A stretch of DNA of 64,000 nt from Candidatus Latescibacterota bacterium. GTDB taxonomy: Bacteria; Krumholzibacteriota; Krumholzibacteriia; WVZY01; JAKEHA01. Every line of letters begins with the position of its first letter. The first letter of the stretch is position 1. The DNA is taken from assembly GCA_963707635.1 (NCBI GenBank), contig OY970173.1, positions 2,048,001 to 2,112,000 of the forward strand, written 5' to 3'. The notes under the pieces are model-generated. The model was not told the origin of the DNA. It made no database searches and was given only the letters and a program-made list of their open reading frames with translations. The position numbers and the translations under genes were made by a program. Positions 29,422-38,270 of this stretch are shown in pieces.

Positions 29422-29530
29422 AAAAAAACGGATGCCAGGCATCCGCTTCCGACTTCGCCCCCGGCGAATCGTCACGAACCTGGCCGGTCGTCTAGACAGC
29501 GGCAGGTGAGGGGCAGGCCCCTGCTTCCCG
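29422..29530 (-). promoter_or_regulatory. L20-leader-like cis-regulatory RNA with intrinsic terminator
   Basis: AAGCAGGGGCCTGCCCCTCACCTG...CAGGT followed by hairpin CGGATGC-CTG-GCATCCG-T7, directly upstream of infC-rpmI-rplT. Confidence 0.7.
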
Positions 29531-29576
29531 ACGGCGGACCCGGCTGGGGTCGACGCCAATGTATAGAGTGCGCAGT

Positions 29577-31499
29577 CTACCCGGCGACCGCGGCCTCGTC
29601 AACCATTTCCGCGACGAAGTCCGCCAGCGGCTTCTGGCCGAGGTCGCCGCGGCCGTGCGCCCGCACCGAGACCTTCCCTTCCGCCGCCTCGCGCGCACCC
29701 ACCACCGCCATGAACGGGACCTTGTGGACCTCGGCCTCACGGATCCGGTAACCGATCTTCTCGTCGCGCGCGTCCGTCTCCACGCGAATCCCGGCGTCAC
29801 GCAGCGCCAACGCGACCGTCTCGGCGTGCCCGCTCGCCTCGGCGCTCACCGGCAGCACGACGCACTGGACTGGTGCCAGCCAGGTCGGAAACGCGCCGGC
29901 GTAGTGCTCGGTGAGGATGCCCATGAAGCGCTCGATGGACCCGAACAGCGCGCGGTGGACCATGAACACCGGCTTGCGCTCCCCGCTGCTGGCCACGTAG
30001 GTGACGTCGAAGCGCCGGGGCAGGTTGAAATCGAACTGAATGGTCGACAGCTGCCAGAAGCGCCCGATCGCGTCGATCACCTTGACATCGATCTTGGGGC
30101 CGTAGAACACCGCCTCGCCCTCCATGCGCTTGTACGCGAGCCCGTGGCGCTTGACCGCGTCTTCGAGCGCGGACTCGGCCATCCGCCACTCGTCGTCGCT
30201 GCCCGCGTACTTGCCCGGGTTGGCGGGGTCGCGCACGCTCAACTCGACGTTGAACCGGTCGAACCCGAAGCGCGTGAGCACGCTCAGCGCGAAGTCGAGG
30301 GTCGCGTCGACTTCGGACGCGATCTGCTCCGGCGTGCAAAAGATGTGGCCGTCGTCCTGGGTGAAGCCGCGAACGCGCAGGAGCCCGTGGAGCGCGCCCG
30401 AGAGCTCGTGGCGGTACACCGTTCCCATCTCCGCCAGACGCACGGGGAGTTCGCGGTAGCTGTGGAGCTTGCGCTTGTAGACCAGGATGTGTCCCGGACA
30501 GTTCATCGGCTTGACCACGTATTCCTGGCCGTCGACGTCCATGGTGAACATGTGCTCGCGGTAATACGTCAAATGCCCGGATGTCTTCCAGAGGTCGGAC
30601 TTCGCGATGTGGGGCGTGTTCACTAGCTGGTAGCCGCGGCGGCGGTACTCGCGCTTGAGGTACTGCTCCATCACCTCGCGCACGACGGCGCCGCGCGGGT
30701 GCCAGAACACCAGGCCGCCGCCCGCTTCGTCCTTCACGTCGAAGAGGTCGAGCGCGCGGCCGAGCTTGCGGTGGTCGCGCTTCTCGGCCTCCGCCAGTTG
30801 GTGGAGGTACGCCTCCAGCTCCGCCTTCTTGAAGAAGGCGGTGGCGTAGATGCGCTGGAGCATCGGCCGGGTCGAGTCTCCGCGCCAGTAGGCTCCTGCG
30901 GTCGAGAGCAGCTTGAAGTGTTTGATGCGTTTCGACGTGTCGAGGTGCGGGCCCGCGCACAGGTCGACGAAACGCCCCACGGTATAGATGGATACCGTGT
31001 TCCCCGGGATGTCGTCGATGAGCTCCAGTTTGTAGCGCTGGCCGAGGCGGGCGAAGTATTCGCGCGCGCGAGCCTTGTCCCACACCTCGCGCTGAATCGG
31101 CATCTCGGAGCGCACCAGTTCGTTCATGCGCGCTTCGATGCGAGCCAGGTCCTCGGGGGTAAACGGGCGCTCGACCTCGAAGTCGTAGTAGAAGCCGGTG
31201 TCGATGGGCGGACCGATCGCGAACTTCGTCCCCGGGAACAATTCCGACACGGCGTGCGCGAGCACGTGCGAGGTCGTGTGCCGCAGCACGTAGAGGCTCT
31301 GCTCGTCGGTCTCGCGCAGGGCCCGGAACGTTCCTTCGCCCGCGATGGCCTGGTGGGTGTCGCGCAACTCGCCGCCGAACAGCACCGCGACGGTGTCACC
31401 GCGCAGTCGCGGGCCGATGCTCGCCAGCACGTCGGCCACCGCGACCTCGCTACCTTCGAATGATTTGACGGCGCCGTCAGGCAGGGTCACTCGGACCAT
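29577..31499 (-). CDS. thrS: Threonine--tRNA ligase
   Basis: TGS domain, RHTTSH, DLCAGPH, AYWRGD, RDHRKLG, KPMNCPGH, FYGPKID, HRALFGSIERF. Confidence 0.97.
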   Translation of the reverse strand: MVRVTLPDGAVKSFEGSEVAVADVLASIGPRLRGDTVAVLFGGELRDTHQAIAGEGTFRALRETDEQSLYVLRHTTSHVLAHAVSELFPGTKFAIGPPIDTGFYYDFEVERPFTPEDLARIEARMNELVRSEMPIQREVWDKARAREYFARLGQRYKLELIDDIPGNTVSIYTVGRFVDLCAGPHLDTSKRIKHFKLLSTAGAYWRGDSTRPMLQRIYATAFFKKAELEAYLHQLAEAEKRDHRKLGRALDLFDVKDEAGGGLVFWHPRGAVVREVMEQYLKREYRRRGYQLVNTPHIAKSDLWKTSGHLTYYREHMFTMDVDGQEYVVKPMNCPGHILVYKRKLHSYRELPVRLAEMGTVYRHELSGALHGLLRVRGFTQDDGHIFCTPEQIASEVDATLDFALSVLTRFGFDRFNVELSVRDPANPGKYAGSDDEWRMAESALEDAVKRHGLAYKRMEGEAVFYGPKIDVKVIDAIGRFWQLSTIQFDFNLPRRFDVTYVASSGERKPVFMVHRALFGSIERFMGILTEHYAGAFPTWLAPVQCVVLPVSAEASGHAETVALALRDAGIRVETDARDEKIGYRIREAEVHKVPFMAVVGAREAAEGKVSVRAHGRGDLGQKPLADFVAEMVDEAAVAG

Positions 31500-31540
31500 G
31501 TCGTTCTCACATCCACACTCGTGGGCCTCTGGGGTGGCGA

Positions 31541-31617
31541 TGGTGGGCGATAGTGGACTTGAACCACTGACCTCCTGCGTGTCGAGCAGGCGCTCTAGCC
31601 AACTGAGCTAATCGCCC
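31541..31617 (-). tRNA. tRNA-Val (GAC)
   Basis: GGGCGAT...CCTGC-TC-GAC-AC-GCAGG...GGTTCAAGTCC...ATCGCCC-A-CCA, 77 nt. Confidence 0.97.
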
Positions 31618-31645
31618 CAACCGGTTGATCTTAGAGAGTCTCCGC

Positions 31646-31674
31646 AGGGTACGTCGCGCGCGTGGTGGGGTCAA
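31646..31674 (-). promoter_or_regulatory. sigma70-type promoter for tRNA-Val/thrS
   Basis: TTGACC-N17-TACCCT. Confidence 0.6.
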
Positions 31675-31677
31675 GTG

Positions 31678-31709
31678 AAAAGGCGGCCGGACCTTGCGAT
31701 CCGGCCGCC
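31678..31709 (-). terminator. Rho-independent terminator after dnaK
   Basis: GGCGGCCGGATC-GCAA-GGTCCGGCCGCC-TTTT. Confidence 0.8.
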
Positions 31710-31727
31710 CCGCCCGGGAAACGAGCG

Positions 31728-33665
31728 TTATGATTTCTTCTTGTCGCCGTCGAGGATCTCGTACTCGGCGTCGGCGACGTCGCCGCCCGGCCCATCGCCC
31801 CGACCGGCTTCCGCGGGACCGGACGCGGATCCCTGGGCAGCGCCCTCCGCCGCGCCCGGCGGGGGTGACGCCTGCTGGTACATCCGCTGCGCGACCTCCT
31901 GCCAGGTGGCGTTGAGCCGCTCGGTCGCCGATTTCATCTCGGAGGCGCGTTCCGACTTGAGGGCGGCCTTCACCGCTTCCACGTCGGACTCCAGTCTGGA
32001 GACGTCGGCGGGATCGACGCGATCCTTGTACTCCTTTAGGTTCTTCTCGGTCTGGTACACGAGCGCGTCGGCCGCGTTGCGCGCGTCGACTTCCTCGCGC
32101 TTGCGATGGTCTTCGTCGTGGAAGCGCTCCGCGTCCTTGACCATCTTCTCGATCTCGGACTCGCTCAGCCCGCTCGAGGCCTTGATGACGATCTTCTGCT
32201 CCTTGCCGGTGGCCTTGTCCTTCGCGGAAACATTGAGAATGCCGTTTGCGTCGATGTCGAAGGTCACCTCGACCTGCGGGACGCCGCGCGGCGCGGGCGG
32301 AATCCCGGCCAGCTGGAAGCGTCCGATGGTCTTGTTGTCGACGGCCATGTCGCGCTCACCCTGGAGCACATGGATGTCGACCGCCGTCTGTCCGTCCGCG
32401 GCGGTCGAGAAGACCTCGCCCTTGCGCGTCGGAATGGTCGTGTTGCGGTCGATCAGGCGAGTCATCACGCCGCCGAGGGTCTCGATGCCCAGCGACAGCG
32501 GAGTCACGTCGAGCAGGAGAACGTCGCGGACGGTCGAGTCCAGAACGCCGGCCTGAATCGCCGCCCCGATCGCGACCACCTCATCCGGGTTGATCCCCTT
32601 GTGGGGTTCCTTGCCGAAGAGCTCCTGCACCTTGCGCTGCACCATGGGCACGCGCGTCGAGCCGCCGACCAGGATGACTTCGTCGATGTCCGCCGGCTTC
32701 AAGCCCGCGTCGGCCATCGCCTGCTTGCACGGGCCAACGGTGCGCTCGACCAGTTCCTCGACGAGCTGTTCGAGCTTCGCGCGCGTGAGCTTCACGTTGA
32801 GGTGTTTCGGCCCCGACGCGTCGGCAGTAATAAAGGGCAGGTTGATCTCGGTCTGCAGCGCGGTGGAGAGCTCGCACTTCGCGCGCTCGCCCGCTTCCTT
32901 CAGGCGCTGGAGCGCGATCGCATCCTTGGACAGGTCGATGCCCTGCTCCTTCTTGAATTCGGCCACGAGCCACTCGATCACGCGCTGGTCGAAGTCGTCT
33001 CCGCCCAGGTGGGTGTCGCCGTTGGTCGCCTTCACCTCGAATACGCCTTCGCCCAGCTCGAGCACCGACACGTCGAAGGTGCCGCCGCCGAGGTCGTAGA
33101 CAACGATGGTCTCGTCCTTGCGCTTGTCGAGGCCGTAGGCGAGCGCGGCGGCGGTGGGCTCGTTGATGATGCGCTTGACGTTGAGCCCCGCGATCTTGCC
33201 GGCGTCCTTGGTAGCCTGGCGCTGGCTGTCATTAAAATATGCCGGCACCGTGATGACGGCATCGGTCACGGGTTCCCCGAGGTACGACTCGGCGGCGCTC
33301 TTGAGGTACTGGAGCACCATGGCGGAGAGCTCGGGCGGCGAGTACTTCTGCCCCGCGATCTCGACGACCACGGAGGCGCCGCTCCCTTGGCTCACGGTGT
33401 ACGGGATCATCCGCGTTTCATTCGTGACCTCGCTGAACTTCCGGCCGATGAAACGCTTGATGGAATACACGGTGTTGTGCGGGTTCGTAATGGCCTGCCG
33501 CTTGGCGATCTGGCCGACCAGACGTTCGCCGTCCTTGGTGATGGCGATGACGGACGGAGTCGTCCGGGCGCCGTCCGGGTTCGGAACGACTTTCGGTTCC
33601 GTTCCCTCGATAATGGCGACGCAGGAATTCGTGGTTCCCAGGTCGATGCCGATGGTCTTTCCCAT
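31728..33665 (-). CDS. dnaK: Chaperone DnaK (Hsp70)
   Basis: [61 protein letters not shown]. Confidence 0.98.
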   Translation of the reverse strand: MGKTIGIDLGTTNSCVAIIEGTEPKVVPNPDGARTTPSVIAITKDGERLVGQIAKRQAITNPHNTVYSIKRFIGRKFSEVTNETRMIPYTVSQGSGASVVVEIAGQKYSPPELSAMVLQYLKSAAESYLGEPVTDAVITVPAYFNDSQRQATKDAGKIAGLNVKRIINEPTAAALAYGLDKRKDETIVVYDLGGGTFDVSVLELGEGVFEVKATNGDTHLGGDDFDQRVIEWLVAEFKKEQGIDLSKDAIALQRLKEAGERAKCELSTALQTEINLPFITADASGPKHLNVKLTRAKLEQLVEELVERTVGPCKQAMADAGLKPADIDEVILVGGSTRVPMVQRKVQELFGKEPHKGINPDEVVAIGAAIQAGVLDSTVRDVLLLDVTPLSLGIETLGGVMTRLIDRNTTIPTRKGEVFSTAADGQTAVDIHVLQGERDMAVDNKTIGRFQLAGIPPAPRGVPQVEVTFDIDANGILNVSAKDKATGKEQKIVIKASSGLSESEIEKMVKDAERFHDEDHRKREEVDARNAADALVYQTEKNLKEYKDRVDPADVSRLESDVEAVKAALKSERASEMKSATERLNATWQEVAQRMYQQASPPPGAAEGAAQGSASGPAEAGRGDGPGGDVADAEYEILDGDKKKS

Positions 33666-33732
33666 GCGCTATCCGGTTCCTTTCCGAGAATGGAATCAAC
33701 GCGGCTGTACGCAGCCGACGCTATTCCTATAC

Positions 33733-33747
33733 ACAAGAGGCGTGCCA
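33733..33747 (-). promoter_or_regulatory. sigma54-like promoter upstream of dnaK, with upstream AT-rich IHF-like tract
   Basis: TGGCACGCCTCTTGT (-24 perfect, -12 GT instead of GC). AT-rich 33760-33795 contains CAACAATGTATTA. Confidence 0.5.
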
Positions 33748-33852
33748 TTGCGTTCCGCCAGTTTAATACATTGTTGCTATTTAACTTACATGTTACGGGC
33801 TCAAAACGCAGGGTCTGCCACCGGCGCATGGGCAGTAAATCATGACACCGTG

Positions 33853-34170
33853 TCAGCTATTAGGATCCGGCTGGCGATCGAGCAGGCCGATGAGAAGTGT
33901 CAGGCCCACACTGAAATCATTCTCGAGGGGTGGGCGCTCGGCCCTCTTGGGTGGGAGCGCAAAGCGGGGCTGCCCGGCGCGCACGCGGACTTCGAGTTCG
34001 CGCCACCGGGGGTCGGAGATCGAGACGCCCTTGGCGACACAGGCGGACAGGAACCCGGCCCAGGATTCTATCGAGGCCGGGTCGCCCCGGCGCGCCGCCC
34101 TGGCGTCCCAGATCCCGGCAAAGGACCCGGCGACATCGTTCAGGACCTCGACCAGGCGGCGATCGTTCAA
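33853..34170 (-). CDS. Hypothetical protein (about 105 aa)
   Basis: GGAGG-N6-TTG at 34170, open to 33853; no recognisable motif. Confidence 0.45.
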   Translation of the reverse strand: MNDRRLVEVLNDVAGSFAGIWDARAARRGDPASIESWAGFLSACVAKGVSISDPRWRELEVRVRAGQPRFALPPKRAERPPLENDFSVGLTLLIGLLDRQPDPNS

Positions 34171-34212
34171 CAGCGCCCTCCAGAGATACACAACCGACAC
34201 ACAACAAAACAA

Positions 34213-34241
34213 TTGACAGCGGTTCCCGACAGGCGTAAATT
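34213..34241 (+). promoter_or_regulatory. sigma70-type promoter pointing into a non-coding hairpin region
   Basis: TTGACA-N17-TAAATT with A-rich upstream tract. Confidence 0.65.
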
Positions 34242-34248
34242 CACGAAC

Positions 34249-34373
34249 GCAGAAAGCCTGACGCAAGGTTGATCTTGCCCCAGTACCTACTCGACCTTTT
34301 TGTCGGTTAGAGGGCTTGCCCTCAGCACCTACCAAAAAGGATACCCCTGACACCCCTTGCACAGGCTTTCTGC
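34249..34373 (+). ncRNA. Candidate structured small RNA (about 125 nt)
   Basis: Terminal inverted repeat GCAGAAAGCCTG(A)CGCAAGG / CCTTGCACAGGCTTTCTGC, inner stems CCTTTTTG/CAAAAAGG and GAGGG/CCCTC. Begins at the predicted TSS. Confidence 0.5.
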
Positions 34374-34377
34374 ATTT

Positions 34378-35775
34378 CTATTCCACCCGCTCCCCCGTCC
34401 CCGGTTCCTGAACAGGACCTTTTTCCGCCGCAAGAAGCTCCAGCAACACCGGTCGCAGATTGTGTAGCGGCGATTCGATGACGTGTTCGAGCAGCCGCTC
34501 GAGCGCGCGTCCAACGGCGGGGCCCGGCCCGATACCCAGCACGCGCATCACGTCCCCGCCGTCGACCTCGAGGTCGGCGACCCGCAGCGCGGCCCGCTCC
34601 CGCCGCTCGTAGGCCACCCGCTTCCGCAGGGCGTCGAGTTGCCCCAGCTCTCCGGCCATCCCGTCGACGTGCAGGCGAGCGCGGCAGTCGGCTTCGCGCA
34701 GCCGGAAAAGATCGTCCAGCAGGTCGGAACCGACCGTGCGCATGAATCGCCTCACCGTGGCCGCGCGCCATTCCGGCGCGTACCGATACATGTGGTGCCG
34801 CACCAGGCGCCGGCAGCAGGCGACGAACGACGTCGGATAGCGTAACCGCCCCAGGACCGCTTCGGTGATGTCGGCACTCACCAGCTCGTGGCCGTAGAAG
34901 ACGACGCGGGACCCGCGCTCGTCGGTGACCGATTGTCGCGCGTCCACCTTGCCGGTGTCGTGCAGGAGCGCCGCCCACCGCACGAGCAGGTTCTCGCGCG
35001 GCGCCGCGTCGCAGGTCTTTAGCGAGTGCCAGTAGACGTCGTCGGGATGATACTCGTTCTGGGTGACGCCCGCACACCGGGCGAGTTCGGGAAGCATCAC
35101 CGCCAGAGCGCCGGTCTGGTAGAGCAGGTGCCACGCGGCGCCGGGACGGTCGCACTGGGTCATGGTCTTGGTGCACTCGTCGCGAATCCGCTCGGCACTG
35201 ACGGTCGCGACGAGGGCGGCCGATTCTCGCATCCGCGCGCGTGTTTCCGCATCCACCTCGAGGTCGAATCGCGCGGTGAAGCGTGCGCCGCGCAGAATTC
35301 GCAGCGGATCCTCCACGAACGCGCGCTCGAAGATGGTGCGCAGCCGGCGGCGCACGAGATCGCCGGCGCCGCCGAAGGGGTCGACCCGATGTCCGTCCGG
35401 GACGCGCTCCGCGATGGCGTTGATGGTGAAGTCCCGGCGGCGAAGATCGTCTTCCACCGGCAGCCGCCAGTCCCACCGCACGTCGAAGTCACGGTGCCCC
35501 GGTCCCGTCGACGTCTCGGTGCGCGGGAAGACTATATCGTAGGTGACGCCGTCGTCCGCCGCCGTGAACTTGTAGACGCCGAACGCCTTGCCGACCAGCG
35601 CCACGGCACCGTGGCGCGCGAGGATGCCTTCCAGCACCTCAGGCGGCAGCCCGCGCACGAGCAGGTCGGTGTCGGGCAGCCCCGACAACCCGAGCAACCG
35701 GTCGCGCACCGCGCCACCCACCCGGTACAGCTCTCCGCGCGCGAGGATTTCGGACTGCCAGGCCGGGAGGTTCAC
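34378..35775 (-). CDS. cca: Class II tRNA nucleotidyltransferase (CCA-adding family) with HD domain
   Basis: VGGAVRD, DTD, EDDLRRRDFTINA, EDPLRILRGARF, ALLHDTGK, FYGHE. GTG at 35775. Confidence 0.88.
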   Translation of the reverse strand: MNLPAWQSEILARGELYRVGGAVRDRLLGLSGLPDTDLLVRGLPPEVLEGILARHGAVALVGKAFGVYKFTAADDGVTYDIVFPRTETSTGPGHRDFDVRWDWRLPVEDDLRRRDFTINAIAERVPDGHRVDPFGGAGDLVRRRLRTIFERAFVEDPLRILRGARFTARFDLEVDAETRARMRESAALVATVSAERIRDECTKTMTQCDRPGAAWHLLYQTGALAVMLPELARCAGVTQNEYHPDDVYWHSLKTCDAAPRENLLVRWAALLHDTGKVDARQSVTDERGSRVVFYGHELVSADITEAVLGRLRYPTSFVACCRRLVRHHMYRYAPEWRAATVRRFMRTVGSDLLDDLFRLREADCRARLHVDGMAGELGQLDALRKRVAYERRERAALRVADLEVDGGDVMRVLGIGPGPAVGRALERLLEHVIESPLHNLRPVLLELLAAEKGPVQEPGTGERVE

Positions 35776-36746
35776 GGCTGCCCGTCGCGCGGCCAGCGCA
35801 CCGGGTGGCGCACCCAGAGTGCCAGACCCGCCAGCGCGGTCAGGTATGTACCGATCAGCACGTAGACGATCGAAAACCCGACCGCTTCGGCGCTGCCGAC
35901 GCCGACCACGGAGAAGAAGTAGATGACGGTCGCGTCTCGCGTCCCCAGCCCCGAAATCGAGAACGGGATCAATTCGACCAGTGTGACGATGGGCATCATC
36001 AACACGATGTAGGCCGGTGACACCGGGATCGAGAGGAGAAGCGATACGTAGACCGCCAGCGCAAAGATGAGCGCCCAGCACACGAGCGTCATCGCGGCCA
36101 TCACGGCGATGCGGCGGCGCGACGCGCCATAGACGCGGAGTGCGTCGTAGAAGGAATGAAAGCCGGTCGACCACCGGTCGCGATGGCGGGCCGGTACCAG
36201 AACCGAAAAGGCGGGTTTCAAGAGCGCCCGCATCCACCGCCGGTTGGTGGCCATGACCGCGGCGGCGGCGATGGCGGCCGCCCCGAGCGCGAACAGCGGC
36301 GCCGACGGAATCTGGATGTACCGCTGCGAGAATATCAGGGTGGTCGCGACCCCGCCGACCAGGATGAAGCCGAGGTCCCAGAGGCGGTCGACGAAGACCG
36401 TGAGGAGTGTTTCCCCCAGCGGACGACCGGTGTCCGTGCGGAGATAGAGCGCGCGAAGGGCGTCGCCGGCCTTGCCCGGGGTCACCGACGACGCGAAGAA
36501 GCCGATCATCCACACCGACGTGCTGCGCCGCAGCCCGTATTCCATGCCCAGGGAGCGGATGACGTAGCGCCAGCGCGCCCCGCGCGCGACGGAAATGGCG
36601 GCGATGATGAGCGGCGCCCACAGGAGCTGGACCGGCTCGATCCCGCGCAGGATCCCGATGATCCGGGCGGGGCCGGTGCGCGCGACGATGGCGGCGAATA
36701 TCGCCAGGCCGACGAGCGGCATCAGGATCGCAAGCGCGCGCTTCAT
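35772..36746 (-). CDS. UPF0104 / lysylphosphatidylglycerol-synthase TM (flippase-like) protein
   Basis: RWRYVI, TPGKAGDALR, VDRLWD, IPFSISGLGTRD; multi-TM. Confidence 0.85.
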   Translation of the reverse strand: MKRALAILMPLVGLAIFAAIVARTGPARIIGILRGIEPVQLLWAPLIIAAISVARGARWRYVIRSLGMEYGLRRSTSVWMIGFFASSVTPGKAGDALRALYLRTDTGRPLGETLLTVFVDRLWDLGFILVGGVATTLIFSQRYIQIPSAPLFALGAAAIAAAAVMATNRRWMRALLKPAFSVLVPARHRDRWSTGFHSFYDALRVYGASRRRIAVMAAMTLVCWALIFALAVYVSLLLSIPVSPAYIVLMMPIVTLVELIPFSISGLGTRDATVIYFFSVVGVGSAEAVGFSIVYVLIGTYLTALAGLALWVRHPVRWPRDGQP

Positions 36747-36803
36747 GAGGTCGATGGTTCGGATCGGGAATGGGTCCGGGGCCGCGGCGAATGAACCGGC
36801 TGC

Positions 36804-36832
36804 TTGATTTCGCCGCCCAACCCCCCTATAAT
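36804..36832 (+). promoter_or_regulatory. sigma70-type promoter of the sat-cysC-AlkP operon
   Basis: TTGATT-N17-TATAAT, followed by AGGAG SD and GTG at 36864. Confidence 0.75.
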
Positions 36833-36863
36833 ACTCCAATCATAGCCCCTTAGGAGTCCATTT

Positions 36864-37082
36864 GTGAAGCACGACAAGGTCACGATCAAGATCCCCCGGC
36901 CCCTGTACAATCGAGTCCAGCAGCTCATCGACGACTCCGGATTCAATTCTCCGACCGACTTCATTGTATACGTGCTGCGCGACGTGTTGAGCGAGCGAGG
37001 CCTCGACCACGGGGACACGTTCACGCCGGAAGAGCTCGCCGCCATCAAGCAGAAGCTCCGGCGACTCGGATATCTCGACTAG
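36864..37082 (+). CDS. Ribbon-helix-helix (CopG-like) protein with C-terminal KLRRLGYL peptide
   Basis: Beta-strand VTIKIP, helix LYNRVQQLI, turn SGF, helix PTDFIVYVLR; tail EELAAIKQKLRRLGYLD. Confidence 0.8.
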   Translation: MKHDKVTIKIPRPLYNRVQQLIDDSGFNSPTDFIVYVLRDVLSERGLDHGDTFTPEELAAIKQKLRRLGYLD

Positions 37083-37106
37083 ACCCTCGGCGAGGAGGAC
37101 GTTCAC

Positions 37107-38267
37107 ATGATTGCACCACATGGCGGGACGCTGGTCTCGCGGATCGTTCCCGCGCGCGAACGAGACCCGCTGCGCGACCACGCCAGCACCCTGCCCGTCA
37201 TCGACCTCAACGCGCGCGAGTCGTCCGACCTGCTCTTGATCGCGATCGGCGGCATGAGTCCACTCGAGGGTTTCATGGGGCGGGCGGACTACGAGCACGT
37301 GCTCACCGACATGCGCCTCGCCTCCGGAATTCCGTGGTCGCTTCCGGTCACACTCTCGGTCGAGTCCGACACGATGCGCGGGCGCCGCACGCCCTTCGTC
37401 GCGTCCCTGCGCACTCCGGAGGGCAAGATCGTGGGCTTGATGACGGTGGACGAGCTCTTCGCCCCCGACAAGACGCGGGAGGCGGAACGAGCGCTGGGCA
37501 CGGCGGACCCCAGGCATCCCGGCGTGCAGTACCTCGACACGACCGGCGACCTGTACGCCGGCGGGAAGGTGTGGCTGCTCGAGCGCGTCAAGGACGGGCC
37601 GTTTGCCGCTCATGAGAGCGACCCGGCCGAGACACGTGCGCTCTTCGCCGAAAAGAAATGGGAGCGGGTGTGCGCGTTCCAGACCCGCAATCCGATCCAT
37701 CGCGCGCACGAGTATCTGATCAAGTGCGCGCTCGAAACCGTGGACGGGTTTCTGATCCACCCGGCGATGGGTGAAACCAAGTCCGACGACGTTCCGGCGG
37801 TGGTGCGGATGGAATGCTATCTCGCGCTGACGCGGAACTACTTCCCCGGTAGCCACGTCGCCCTGACGGTGTTTCCCTACGCGATGCGCTACGCGGGACC
37901 GCGCGAAGCGATCCTGCACGCGATCATTCGCAAGAACTACGGCTGCACGCATTTCATCGTGGGCCGCGACCACGCCGGCGTAGGCAACTATTACGGCACC
38001 TACGACGCCCAGCGCATCTTCGCGCAGTTCACCCCCGACGAGCTTGCGATCACGCCCGTGTTCTTCGAGCACTCGTTCTTCTGCACGCGTTGCGGCGGCA
38101 TGGCGTCGGAGAAGACGTGCCCGCACGGGGCGGAGAGCCGGGTGGCCTTGAGCGGCACCCGGGTGCGCGAGCTGCTCGCGAGCGGCGCGCCGCTGCCGGA
38201 CGAGTTCACCCGGCGCGAAGTGGCCGAGATCCTGCAGCGCCATTACGCCGGCGCGAAGGCGGGCTAG
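37107..38267 (+). CDS. sat: Sulfate adenylyltransferase (ATP sulfurylase)
   Basis: PHGGTL, SPLEGFM, FQTRNPIHRAHE, MRYAGPREA, NYGCTHFIVGRDHAG, LSGTRVR. Confidence 0.96.
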   Translation: MIAPHGGTLVSRIVPARERDPLRDHASTLPVIDLNARESSDLLLIAIGGMSPLEGFMGRADYEHVLTDMRLASGIPWSLPVTLSVESDTMRGRRTPFVASLRTPEGKIVGLMTVDELFAPDKTREAERALGTADPRHPGVQYLDTTGDLYAGGKVWLLERVKDGPFAAHESDPAETRALFAEKKWERVCAFQTRNPIHRAHEYLIKCALETVDGFLIHPAMGETKSDDVPAVVRMECYLALTRNYFPGSHVALTVFPYAMRYAGPREAILHAIIRKNYGCTHFIVGRDHAGVGNYYGTYDAQRIFAQFTPDELAITPVFFEHSFFCTRCGGMASEKTCPHGAESRVALSGTRVRELLASGAPLPDEFTRREVAEILQRHYAGAKAG

Positions 38268-38270
38268 CCC

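Noticed and set aside
33670..33850. CIRCE element upstream of dnaK
   Set aside because: No TTAGCACTC-N9-GAGTGCTAA match.
34249..34373. SRP RNA or CRISPR identity for the hairpin element
   Set aside because: Lacks the SRP GGAA-tetraloop domain IV motif; only two imperfect repeats and no cas genes.
36864..37082. RHH proteins as type II antitoxins
   Set aside because: No adjacent toxin-like ORF; the neighbours are metabolic enzymes.
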